64,000 bases of DNA from Longimicrobiales bacterium (GTDB lineage: Bacteria > Gemmatimonadota > Gemmatimonadetes > Longimicrobiales > Gaopeijiaceae), in NCBI GenBank assembly GCA_965248195.1, contig CBDFIQ010000001.1, forward strand, positions 224,001 through 288,000, in the 5' to 3' direction. This document shows, one piece after another, positions 9,650-19,270 of this stretch (its first letter is position 1; every line of letters starts with the position of its first letter). The notes beneath the pieces are model-generated. The model did not search any database and was not told where the DNA came from. It saw only the letters and a list, made by a program, of their open reading frames with translations. Made by a program: the position numbers and the translations under genes.

Positions 9650-9666
9650 GTGGGAAATTTCCCCAC
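9650..9666. promoter_or_regulatory. 17-bp operator GTGGGAAA-T-TTCCCCAC
   Basis: In the same divergent promoter region, upstream of the 9775 gene. Confidence 0.6.
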
Positions 9667-9774
9667 AACGGATCAGCCACGTCCCGACTGTGCCGGGCTC
9701 GAGACCAAATCATCCTTCATCCATGGACCGAGGAAATGATGGGTCCGATCACGAGTCATCAACCCGGAGGTCAC

Positions 9775-10302
9775 ATGACAAAGTCCAGCAAGAGAGAGTA
9801 CCGGTTCGTCCCGCTGCTTTTCACTGTCTTCCTCCTGATGCCCATGGCCGCTGTGGCTCAAAAGTCCAATACCCAGGCCGCGCAAGACCCGGGCATCCTG
9901 CACGATGTGGCCCTGTCCTTCGTCGCTAACTCCGACGATTTCTCGGCGGACCTCGAGACGGCGTGGCGGATGCACGCCGAGGTGCTGGGGATGAGAACGG
10001 CGGGTGAGGCGCGCTACGCGCATTGTGCGCAAACACAGGGACATCTCGCGTACCACATGGGGAACCTCAAGGAGGCGCAGGCAGCCTTCGAGGCTGCTGG
10101 AGATGGAGCGATGCTGAGGGGAGAGGCCTATGATGCGGCGAATTTGTTCGTGGACGCAGCACTAGTGGCCGCGTCTCGAAACCGATTCCACGATGCCCAG
10201 CGCCTAGGACAGAGGGCGGCTCTCTTCGTCGAATTGCAGCTGCTCAACGCGGAGGAGCGGAGGAACCTCATGCGCCGCCTTCCGGACTTGCTCGAGAGCT
10301 AA
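9775..10302 (+). CDS. Exported helical (TPR-like) hypothetical protein
   Basis: GGAGG RBS; signal peptide ending AVA-Q; Ala-rich amphipathic helices. Confidence 0.65.
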   Translation: MTKSSKREYRFVPLLFTVFLLMPMAAVAQKSNTQAAQDPGILHDVALSFVANSDDFSADLETAWRMHAEVLGMRTAGEARYAHCAQTQGHLAYHMGNLKEAQAAFEAAGDGAMLRGEAYDAANLFVDAALVAASRNRFHDAQRLGQRAALFVELQLLNAEERRNLMRRLPDLLES

Positions 10303-10422
10303 ATACTGCTCTCAGCCGGGCGGCCCTGGAGGAGCGGCATCCAGGAGCGGATCCGATGAACGTCCCCAGGAGGCGGATCCGCTCCGTCTCCGATCCCATC
10401 CGTACGAGGGAGGATGATCACT

Positions 10423-10857
10423 ATGGCAGTCATCGGGCTGGTTGAAGAGAATGAAGCACCGGAAATGGTGAAGAACGTTTATCGGGGCATCAAGAGCACA
10501 CTGGGCATCGACTTCGTTCCCAATATGTACAAGGCGATGGCGAACGACCCCGAATACCTGGCGAGTTCCTGGAACAAGATCCAGGCGGTCATGGGCGGAA
10601 CGGGTGAGCTCGACAGCCTGACCAAGGACATCATTGCCCTCACGGTCTCGGTCATGAGTGGCTGCGATTACTGTATCGGTGTTTACATGGCCGCGGTGCG
10701 GCATGGCGGCCTGAATGACCAGGCGATCCTCGAACTGCTCGCTGTGGTGGACACGTATCGGGGTCTCAGCCAGTTGAACATCGGCTTGCAACTCGAGCCG
10801 GATGGGCGCCCCTGGCACGGGTGTGGAGGCAAGGTGTCTGCTGCGAACGGTACTTGA
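10423..10857 (+). CDS. Carboxymuconolactone decarboxylase / AhpD-like protein
   Basis: VPNMYKAMA...LDSLTKDIIALTVSVMSGCDYC. Confidence 0.85.
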   Translation: MAVIGLVEENEAPEMVKNVYRGIKSTLGIDFVPNMYKAMANDPEYLASSWNKIQAVMGGTGELDSLTKDIIALTVSVMSGCDYCIGVYMAAVRHGGLNDQAILELLAVVDTYRGLSQLNIGLQLEPDGRPWHGCGGKVSAANGT

Positions 10858-10973
10858 TCTCTCCTGATCCAACGTTGCGGAGAGGACGTGGTGGGCGGGG
10901 GCGTCCGGCTCGATCTTGTGACTCCGGACGCCTGGAAGACCTATTTGTAGCGGCAATTAAGGACGGGCGACTG

Positions 10974-11075
10974 GCTGGCGCCTACCGGCCCGCTCTCGGA
11001 TGTTGACCTCGGTTCGATCCTGGAGTACGCCCGTGTCCGATGCTGTAGCCCGCCTAGACGTCGCCCTGAAGGGCC
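10974..11075 (+). promoter_or_regulatory. Promoter/leader module A, copy 1 (with kinase-like first codons)
   Basis: TGGCGC-N17-GATGTT GACCTCGGTTCGATCCTGGAG...GTG TCC GAT; near-identical to 12707, 19139 and 41569 copies. Confidence 0.75.
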
Positions 11076-11659
11076 TCAAGACTCTGCTCCCAGCGAGCTT
11101 GTTTCTTCTCCAAATGGGCTGCGGCCAGAGTAGGGGCGCGCGACCCCTTCCTCCCCTACCGGCCGGCGTGACGGCCGACGTCTCGAAGGTGTCCTACATC
11201 GTGAGGGGCACCACGGTCCCGGAGATACGTGAGTCCCTCCGCGCGGCCGCCACCGGAACTCTGGGCGCGGACACGGTCGGACTCCACAAGTCGAGGCTCA
11301 ATCTAGAGTTCGCGTATACGCAACAGGGGAGCTACTGCGAGATGGTCGAGGTCACCCTCGAGCTCGAATCGGCGATCCAGGTGCCGCAGTGGACCGAGCG
11401 TGGGCGGGCGGACTTCAGGGTGGTCGCCATGTGGGATAGGTACATCAGAGCCGTGCGCGCCCACGAATACACCCACCGGGAGCACCTGTACCGCCGCGCC
11501 AGGGACATCTTCCAAGAGCTGTACCGTATCAAGAGTCCGACGTGCGCCTCCATGCAATCGAAGATCACATCGACCACAGCGCGCATTAACGACCGGTATG
11601 GGCGCCTGAGCAAACAGTTCGACGAGGATAGCCGCATCGCGTGGCCCCCGAGTGAGTGA
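11033..11659 (+). CDS. DUF922-like secreted Zn-dependent protease (probable lipoprotein)
   Basis: YIVRGTT, VPQW, WDRY...HEYTH (HExxH); possible lipobox QMGC. Confidence 0.72.
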   Translation: MSDAVARLDVALKGLKTLLPASLFLLQMGCGQSRGARPLPPLPAGVTADVSKVSYIVRGTTVPEIRESLRAAATGTLGADTVGLHKSRLNLEFAYTQQGSYCEMVEVTLELESAIQVPQWTERGRADFRVVAMWDRYIRAVRAHEYTHREHLYRRARDIFQELYRIKSPTCASMQSKITSTTARINDRYGRLSKQFDEDSRIAWPPSE

Positions 11660-11704
11660 CATCTGCGCGGTTGTGACCGCCGCCGTGGACAGAGAACCCG
11701 GGTT

Positions 11705-12706
11705 TCAAACCGGGAGATCATCAAAGAAGGGACGAGCGATTGGAGTTGGCGACTCCTGATCTGCCAGGTGGATGGGGAAGCCGCCTGCCTCGAGCCCGGC
11801 CGAGACCTGTTTCATGAACTCATCGGCCTTATGACACCACACGTTGCCCGCAGTCGAGCAGTAGCGGTGCATACCTTGGAATCCGAGAAGCTCAGGTGCC
11901 AGTCGGTCGGCGATGTCCCATCGCCAACCTCTTGCGAAGACCCAAAGGGCGAACACGGGCTTGAAGGTGGGTCGGTGAGTCTGCGTCTTCCAGTCCCATA
12001 CAAGGCCCGACAATCGATCTACCAGTTCTCGGAATCCCCGCTTTATTTCTCGGTCGGTGGGGCCAGGTGCTCTGGGGTCTAACCGCCGGAGGCCGATGTT
12101 ATCGAGACAGTCCGAGAGTTCCATGACTACTACTCCGTGGCCAACCGTCGCGAGCTGATGGCGGGCCTTGCGGAGGCAATCGAATGCTCCTCGTTCGGAC
12201 GTGGGATGCTTCACCTCGACGCCATACGACAGGGCTCCGGGTCTAACGAGAAAATCAGGGCCGTCGTCGCTGAAGCGGACTCGCGGATTGAGCCCGCCGG
12301 CTGTCATGACCGCTCCGAACCAAAGCTGAGTCTGAAACTGACGCGGGGCACCACCTGCCATCGGGTCTTCAATCGGTCCTCCCGAAGCGGTGGCCAACCC
12401 TCTCGTTAGCCGGTCGGACACGTCCTTGGGCAGGGCATTCGAGACATCCCTGAAGTCCCGAGCCGTGAGGATTGCCTCCCCCACTTCCGCCAGCGCATCC
12501 TCCCCGGCCGGATACGCACCAACGGTGGCAGTCGAATTGAGGATATCGGCGCATTCCTTCAACCGACTCCCCTCTTTTGATGCGATGCCGAGTTCGTCGA
12601 ATCGTGCAATAGCCGCACGCAGCGCTTCTTCAAGCGAGAGCAGCTGTTCGACGACAACGCGCTTCTCGTCTGGCAGTGGGAGAAACTCCCGCTCGGCCGT
12701 ATACAT
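11705..12706 (-). CDS. Hypothetical protein with PD-(D/E)XK nuclease-like motif
   Basis: 333-aa ORF with RBS; GPDFLVRPGALSYGVEVKHP. Confidence 0.6.
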   Translation of the reverse strand: MYTAEREFLPLPDEKRVVVEQLLSLEEALRAAIARFDELGIASKEGSRLKECADILNSTATVGAYPAGEDALAEVGEAILTARDFRDVSNALPKDVSDRLTRGLATASGGPIEDPMAGGAPRQFQTQLWFGAVMTAGGLNPRVRFSDDGPDFLVRPGALSYGVEVKHPTSERGAFDCLRKARHQLATVGHGVVVMELSDCLDNIGLRRLDPRAPGPTDREIKRGFRELVDRLSGLVWDWKTQTHRPTFKPVFALWVFARGWRWDIADRLAPELLGFQGMHRYCSTAGNVWCHKADEFMKQVSAGLEAGGFPIHLADQESPTPIARPFFDDLPV

Positions 12707-12765
12707 GGACTCCCCACTCCGAGATCAGACCGAGGTCAACATCCGAAAGCGCGAGCCCCCGGCCA
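12707..12765 (-). promoter_or_regulatory. Promoter/leader module A, copy 2
   Basis: TCGGATGTTGACCTCGGTCTGATCTCGGAG directly upstream of the ATG at 12706. Confidence 0.75.
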
Positions 12766-13599
12766 TCAGTGACTCATCGCATAGACGATGAAGTTAACGC
12801 CCATCTCGTACGCGTAGGTCGAGTATTTGAGCGGGTAGCGGGGATTGTCCGCCCACTCCCAGGCGTCGCCGAGGTCGGTGTTCCAGTTGATGACCACCAT
12901 CAGTCGGCCGTTATCGTCGTGGATCCCTTTGACCATGGGGACGTACCCGTCTGACTGGTGCGTCGGCCCGCCACGGACGCCGTTGCCGACGTTGGGGACC
13001 TGGAGGATCTCGTCGATCTCGTAAAAGGCCGTGAATATCGGATGGTCGAGGGACAGGTCGACGATCTCGTAGCCGGGAAGCACCGACCGGATCTCGTACT
13101 CCCAGTTGGCCCACTGCCGGGAACCCCAGAAGTCGTCGATGACCAGAAAGCCGCCGGCGAGGAGGTAGTCCCGGAGCCCCACAGTCTCTGGCTCGGTGAG
13201 GGCCATGCGGCCGACCTCGAGAGCGTACAGGAAAGGGAAGCGCCTGACCGAAGGGTCGTCCAAACGGATGACGTGCTCATGCTCGTAGGCGTCGAGGTTC
13301 GAGAGCAAACGGTCTATGAACGAGAGGAAGATCCGGTCGGCCTTGGGGTAGTCCGTGGCCCATGATCCTCTCCTCCGCCTGAACCCTCTCCCGTATCCTG
13401 TATACTGCACGCGTGAGAAGTAGAACTCTCGCGGCACTCCCTCTGCCCGCTGGGTGGCTCGGTCGCGCTCCTCACGCGACGGCTGGTCCCACGGATCCGG
13501 CACAGCCGTGAGTAGCGTAAGTGCGACGGCACTCAAGAAGAATAACGATGCCCGCACCACACACTCCGATTCAGGTCGGCTTTGGCTTGCTTCCTCCAC
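12766..13599 (-). CDS. DUF4159-domain protein (start uncertain, possibly 13557)
   Basis: WATDYPKAD, LRDYLLAGGFLVIDDFWG, NTDLGDAWEW. Confidence 0.85.
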   Translation of the reverse strand: MEEASQSRPESECVVRASLFFLSAVALTLLTAVPDPWDQPSREERDRATQRAEGVPREFYFSRVQYTGYGRGFRRRRGSWATDYPKADRIFLSFIDRLLSNLDAYEHEHVIRLDDPSVRRFPFLYALEVGRMALTEPETVGLRDYLLAGGFLVIDDFWGSRQWANWEYEIRSVLPGYEIVDLSLDHPIFTAFYEIDEILQVPNVGNGVRGGPTHQSDGYVPMVKGIHDDNGRLMVVINWNTDLGDAWEWADNPRYPLKYSTYAYEMGVNFIVYAMSH

Positions 13600-13731
13600 C
13601 CGCGATGGGTGTCCAGGAACCTACGACTCCCGGACCCAGGGGGTAAAGTCCGGGTCGACTGCGCTTAAAGCCAGCCTCCGACCTGGGGGCCTACCATGGG
13701 CTGAAAAGGTGGACATACGAAATGCGCCCCC

Positions 13732-16214
13732 CTACTCGTAGCGCACCGCCTCGAGCGGATCTACACGGCTAGCGCGGCGAGCGGGTATCCACACGGCCGC
13801 CAGCGCGATCAGGGTCAAAATGACGGGCACGCTCACAAACACGGGAACATCGCGCGGCTCGACTTCAAATAGGACCGACGCCAGGACATTCGCGAGGAAG
13901 TAAGCCGCGCCCAGTCCGACCGCCACACCAACGATCACGAGCGCCATACCCTGCTTGATGACCATAGTCCTGACCTTGCCCGACTCGGCGCCCATCGCCA
14001 TCCGAATGCCGATCTCTTGAGTGCGTTGCTGCACCGAGTAGGCCATCAGGCCGTAGATCCCGATCGCCGCGAGCAGAAGCGCCGAGCCGCCGAACACGCT
14101 CATCAGCAACATGTTGACCCGCCGGCGTGAAGTGGAGATCGACACGATGTCCTCCATCGACTCAACGTCGGTCACGGGTAGTCCAGTTGATTGGCGCAAC
14201 TCCTCCTGGATGGCCGCCGAGATGTTCCCGGGCTCCACCTCGGTCCGCACCACCCAGGCCATCGGCGTAATGCCGACGTTGAGCGCGTTCAAGCACGTCG
14301 GGCACTTGGGCCTGCGGCATGTACAGGGTCGGGCGTGGTTCGCGGGCGAGTCCCAGGGCGCGCACATTGGCCGCGATGCCGATGACCTGGCGAACCGGCT
14401 CCTCGGCGAGCTCTCGCATGATTCCAGCCCCGCCGCCGATATGCACGCGGTCTGCCAGCGGGTCGGCGCCGTCCGTCCAATACTCGTCCGCCAGGGCTTG
14501 ATTGATGATCACTACTGATGGAGCGTTGCCATCATCCAAGTCGGTGAAGTCGCGGCCCCGGACGATGGGAATCTCGAAGGTTTCGAAGTAGCCGGACGAG
14601 CTCATCATGATGCTCGCGCTGCCGGTGAAGGGGTTCTCGTTGGTCCGCCCGATGATGTTGAAAGGAAGGCCGTATCCGCCTTGCAGGGGAACGCAACACG
14701 TGGCGGTCGCTTGGGCCACACCGGGGATGGAACGGATGCGTTCCAGCGCCAGCCGCGCGGTTTGCTCGACGCCATCCGACGTCAGAAACCGTGGGCCGCT
14801 GAGCGAAGTCCGCATGGTCAGCACGTTGGTGGCCGTGAAGCCCGGATCGACTTGACCGATGGCGAGCGACGTGCGGATGAGCAGCCCAGCGCCGATCAGC
14901 AACACGACGCACAATCCCAACTCGGCAACAACGAGCAGCGAGCGAGTCTTGTTTTGACGAAAGCCGCTGCCCGAGCGGCTGCTCGCGTCCTTGATGACGG
15001 CGTTGAGGTCCGTGCGCGAGGTCACCAAAGCCGGCACTAGACCAAACAGAACGCCGGTGATCAACGACAAAGCGACCGTGAAGCTCACGATGCGCCAATC
15101 CATCCCCATCAGCGTGCCCTCGTCTCCAAGCCGCGGCAATCCCGCCGTATTCACGGACAACAGCGCGCGTATCCCGAGGAAACCGACCACCAGGCCCAAC
15201 ACACCGCCCGTCAGGGACAACAAGACGCTTTCAGTCAGCAGTTGCCGTAAGATCCGCCAGCGCCCGGCGCCGAGCGCCGAGCGCCGAGCGAATCGCGATT
15301 TCACGGCTCCGTCCGGTGGCACGGACCAGGAGCAGGTTTGCGACGTTCGCGCAAGCGATCAACAGCACGAAACCAACCGCGCCGAACAAGATCCACAAGG
15401 TCCTTCGCGCCCCGGGGCCGACCATCGTTTCCTGTAAGGTCCGAACCGTGAACCCCCCGTTTTCGCCCAACGCGTTCGGAAAGCGCTCGCGATACTCGTC
15501 AGCTGAGACTTCCATGCGCTCTTGCGCCTGCTCGAGCGTCACCCCAGGCCGGAGTCTCCCCACCGATTGAAAGTAGTGGCCCTGATCGGTCGTGTTCGGA
15601 TCGAACTGGAACGGAACGAAGAGCTCGGGATCACCAAACTCGCGCAAATCGAAGCCCTCACCGACGATACCAATGATGGTGTACGGGTCCCCGCTCAAGG
15701 ACAGGCTCTTGCCGATAATGTCCGGGTCGGCCGCAAGGCGCCGGTTCCAAAAGTTGTAGCTGAGGACCGTGGTTCTCGCCTCGCCGGGCAGATCCTCCTC
15801 CGGAGCAAACCCGCGTCCTTGTATGATCGGAACGCGGAACGCGCGGAAGTAGGCTTCCGACACCTGGCTCGCGGTGACCCGCTCGGGTACGTCGCCGGCT
15901 GTGTAGTTCAGCGAGTTGTTGCGATAGGCCGCGACGTCCTCGAGTACCTCGGTCTGGGCGCGCCAATGCATGAATTTCGCCGGCGAAGCTCCCCCGCCTG
16001 CGTTGCCGATCTCCCGATTACTGTTCATCAATCGGACCATGCGGTCCGGCTCGGCAAACGGGATGGGCTTGAGCACGACCGTGTTTACGACCGAAAAGAT
16101 CGCCGTGTTGGCTCCGATGCCGATCGTCAGCGCCGCAACCGCGGTGAGGGTGAAGCCCGGGCTCTCTCGGAACATCTTGAGCGCGTGTTTCAGGTCCTGG
16201 AGGAAGGCTTGCAT
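13732..16214 (-). pseudogene. Duplicated-domain MacB/FtsX-type ABC permease (ADOP-like) with two frameshifts
   Basis: IGIGANTAIFSVVN, LLIACANVANLLL, QQRTQEIGIRMAMGA, ARRASRVDPLEAVRYE spread over three frames; +7 nt near 15270-15290, +1 nt near 14291. Confidence 0.88.
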
Positions 16215-16394
16215 CTTGGTGGCTTCCAGCCTGTCGCCGAGTGAGCTGACCGTGGGCCAGTATGAAAAAACGCGTGCTATTGAAAGGTTCCCGCTGGTGA
16301 GGTTGCGTTGGGGATCTTTCGCTGGGTCTGCCGTTGGTGTTGCGGTAGGCGGGATCTGCTCGCGGTTTGTCGATCAGCGCCGCATCTCGAGCGC

Positions 16395-16457
16395 ATGAGC
16401 GAGGAACGCACCCGACGACTCTCCGCGATCGTGTTCACGGACATGGTGGGCTACACG
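16395..16457 (+). pseudogene. 5' remnant of a class III adenylate/guanylate cyclase gene
   Basis: MSEERTRRLSAIVFTDMVGYT, then similarity stops. Confidence 0.7.
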
Positions 16458-16570
16458 CATGTCACTTTCTCCCGAAACGAAGTATGCTATCAGGGTTGCA
16501 GCGCATGGTAGACCGTCGCGGCAGCCCGTCACTCGTGATCGAGGCGCGCGCGATACCGAAGGAGGAGAAG

Positions 16571-17560
16571 ATGCCCAGGAAGCTGATCACACTATTCGGT
16601 CTCGTTGCGCTGGTCGCGCTGTCCGCCTGCGGTGGTGGCGCGCCAGCCACCGAGGTCGCTGAAGAGACCCCGGTCGTCGACGTCGCCACAGCGGATCCAA
16701 AGAGTCAATTCGCCGGCGCGTGGACGCTGGTCAAGATCGAGCGGTTTGATGCCGACGGCGACCTGCTGGCGCCCCCTATCGAGGACCGCGTCGGCTACAT
16801 CATCTACGACCCGGCGGGCTACATGGGTGTCACGATCATGCAGCCTGACCGGCGGCCGTATGCCGGCAACCAGCGGACGCCCGAAGAGGCGCTCGCTACC
16901 TATTCGACCTACAACTCGTACTTCGGCACGTTCACCGTCAACGAGACCGAGGGGTTTCTGACGCACCACCTGGAGGGCAGTCTGAACACCCGCGGCGCCG
17001 GCTCCGACTACCAGCGCTTCTATACGTTTTCGGGGAATCGGCTGACGCTGCAGCCGCCGGCGGGTGACAACGGTAACAAGACGCAGCTCACCTGGGAGAA
17101 GCTCCCGGACTTGCCCGAATCCGAGCTCACCGAGACGCACAAGCGGCTGTTCGGCTTCTACCGGATCGAGTCGCTTTCGCGCCGGATCGTATCAGGCGAG
17201 TCGGTCCCGGCCAACCAGTACGAAACCGCGTTCATCATCTACGCTCCCTCCGGGCACATGGCGGTGCATCTGATGCGACCGGGCCGCGAGCCGTACGCCG
17301 GCACGGGGCCGACGCCGGAGGAGGCGCTCGCAGCCGTACAGACGTACGGCAGCTACTTCGGTCCGTTCTCGGTGCATGAGGACGAGGGCTATCTGGTCCA
17401 TCATCGGATCGGCAACCTGAGCCCGGCGGGGACCGGGATCGATGCCCAACGTGGCTACGAGCTGACCGACACGCATCTCACCCTGCGACCGCCCGTCGGG
17501 ACCGACAGCGAAGGCCGTCAGGTGCAAAGCGCGCTGAGGTGGGCACGGATCAGCGACTAG
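16571..17560 (+). CDS. Lipoprotein with two lipocalin-like (Lipocalin_5-type) domains
   Basis: Lipobox LSAC; repeated GAWTLV...GYIIYDPAGYM...SYFGTF / GFYRIE...IIYAPSGHM...SYFGPF. Confidence 0.82.
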   Translation: MPRKLITLFGLVALVALSACGGGAPATEVAEETPVVDVATADPKSQFAGAWTLVKIERFDADGDLLAPPIEDRVGYIIYDPAGYMGVTIMQPDRRPYAGNQRTPEEALATYSTYNSYFGTFTVNETEGFLTHHLEGSLNTRGAGSDYQRFYTFSGNRLTLQPPAGDNGNKTQLTWEKLPDLPESELTETHKRLFGFYRIESLSRRIVSGESVPANQYETAFIIYAPSGHMAVHLMRPGREPYAGTGPTPEEALAAVQTYGSYFGPFSVHEDEGYLVHHRIGNLSPAGTGIDAQRGYELTDTHLTLRPPVGTDSEGRQVQSALRWARISD

Positions 17561-17592
17561 AGCTCAGAGCCGGCCGCGACCGGCTCAGCCCT

Positions 17593-19173
17593 TCAGGACA
17601 GCGGCGGCGTGCTCGTCGGGGGCCGCCGAATGCGCGTGGCCTGTTCGAAGGAGTACGCGAGTTTGATCAGCGTAGGCTCGCTCCACTGGGGGCCGAGCAG
17701 CTCGATACCGATCGGAACACCCAGCGGGGCCGATGGCGTCGATGCCGAAAAACCGCCGGGAAAGGTGATCGCCGGGAAGCCCGTGCTGTTCGAGAGCACG
17801 CCGTTGCGCTCGAGCTGGTCCTCCCCGATCGGCGCCACCAGGCGCCGCTGGTGCGGATATAGTACCGCGTCCAACTCGTTGTCCGCGATCACGGTCATCA
17901 CTGCTTGCCGCAGCTCCTCGCGTCGAAGAAATCGAACGCGATACTCAGGGTCGGCGAGACCGTTCTGGACGCTCTGGTCCGCCTCGAGGCCACGTCGGAG
18001 TGGCGGGTGGAACTCACCCCGCTCGATGAACTCCTCGAGGCTGCGGACCGGAGCGGCAGGACCCAGGCTCGCCAGGTAGCGATTGAATGCGATCTTGAAC
18101 TCGAAGCCCGAGAGCGCGATGCCCCGTGTGAGGTCGGCGAAGTTCGGAATACGGAGGCGTACGACGGTGGCGCCCGCCTCGGTCATCGTCGTGATCGCCT
18201 CCTCGACGACGGCGTTGACCTCCTCGTGGATCGCATCTTGTCCGACGAGATCCAGCACCAGGCCGATGCGAGCTCCTTCGAGGCCGCTCGGGTCGAGCGA
18301 CTCCGTGTAGCTGGGAGGTATCTCCCCCGTGCTGAAGGCCGTGATCGGATCGGCAGGGTCGTAACCGGCGATGACGTCGAGCATCCGGGCGGCGTCCTCG
18401 ACCGTGCGCACGATCGGCCCCACCTCGTCTTGAGTGAAGCTGATCGGTATGACGCCGTCTCGGCTCACGAGGCCACGGCTCCCACGTATCCCGACCAGAC
18501 TCTGAGCCGAGGCTGGCGACCGGATCGACTGCCCGGTGTCGCTTCCGGTCCCCAGCACGCCGAAGTCGGCAGCGATCGCGGCACCCGTCCCGCCACTGGA
18601 TCCGCCCGGTGTGCGGCCGAGGTCGTACGGATTCCGGGTCTGTCCGCCCAAAGAGCTGATGGTCGTCCCTCCCCGGGCCAGCTCGGTGAGGTTCGACTTG
18701 GCCAAAACAAGCGCTCCGGCCTCCCGCAGTCGCCGCACGACGAAGGCGTCGTCTGGCGGGACCGACTGGGCCAGGGCGAGCGAGGCGCCCGTCGTAGGCA
18801 TATCGGCGGTGTCGTAGTTGTCCTTCACGATCACGGGAATGCAGTGGAGGGGCCGGCCCCCGGTCCCGTCTGCGGCATAGAGACGGTCCATCTCCCGGGC
18901 GGTGTCGAGCGCACGCGGGTTCACCGTCAGAATCGCGTTGAGCCCCGGCCCCTGGTCGTCGTACGTCTCGACCCGGCGGAGGTAGTACTCGACCAATTGC
19001 GCGCAGGCGAGAGTACCCGACGCGAAGGCGTCGTGGATCCCTCGGATGGTAGCTTCTTCCAGGGAGAAGGTGCCGCTTCCCTCACTCCCCCCTCCAACTG
19101 TCTGGCCCCCGCAAGCGGCCAGGCCGAGCGTAAGAACCAGGGCTGCATTGAGGCGAGTGACAGGATCGGGCAT
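17593..19173 (-). CDS. Amidase-signature family lipoprotein
   Basis: VKDN, PGGSSGGTGAAIAA, GSDTGQSIRSPAS; lipobox LAAC. Confidence 0.93.
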   Translation of the reverse strand: MPDPVTRLNAALVLTLGLAACGGQTVGGGSEGSGTFSLEEATIRGIHDAFASGTLACAQLVEYYLRRVETYDDQGPGLNAILTVNPRALDTAREMDRLYAADGTGGRPLHCIPVIVKDNYDTADMPTTGASLALAQSVPPDDAFVVRRLREAGALVLAKSNLTELARGGTTISSLGGQTRNPYDLGRTPGGSSGGTGAAIAADFGVLGTGSDTGQSIRSPASAQSLVGIRGSRGLVSRDGVIPISFTQDEVGPIVRTVEDAARMLDVIAGYDPADPITAFSTGEIPPSYTESLDPSGLEGARIGLVLDLVGQDAIHEEVNAVVEEAITTMTEAGATVVRLRIPNFADLTRGIALSGFEFKIAFNRYLASLGPAAPVRSLEEFIERGEFHPPLRRGLEADQSVQNGLADPEYRVRFLRREELRQAVMTVIADNELDAVLYPHQRRLVAPIGEDQLERNGVLSNSTGFPAITFPGGFSASTPSAPLGVPIGIELLGPQWSEPTLIKLAYSFEQATRIRRPPTSTPPLS

Positions 19174-19232
19174 GGGCGCGCTCCGGGATCAGACCGAGGT
19201 CAACATCCGAGAGTGGGCCGGTGGGCGCAAGC
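19139..19232 (-). promoter_or_regulatory. Promoter/leader module A, copy 3 (with MPDPVTRLNAAL)
   Basis: TTGCGC-N17-GATGTT GACCTCGGTCTGATCCCGGAG CGCGCCC ATG. Confidence 0.78.
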
Positions 19233-19270
19233 GGAAGCCTCCTCGTGGCTCGCGTGCGGCACTGGGGGCT

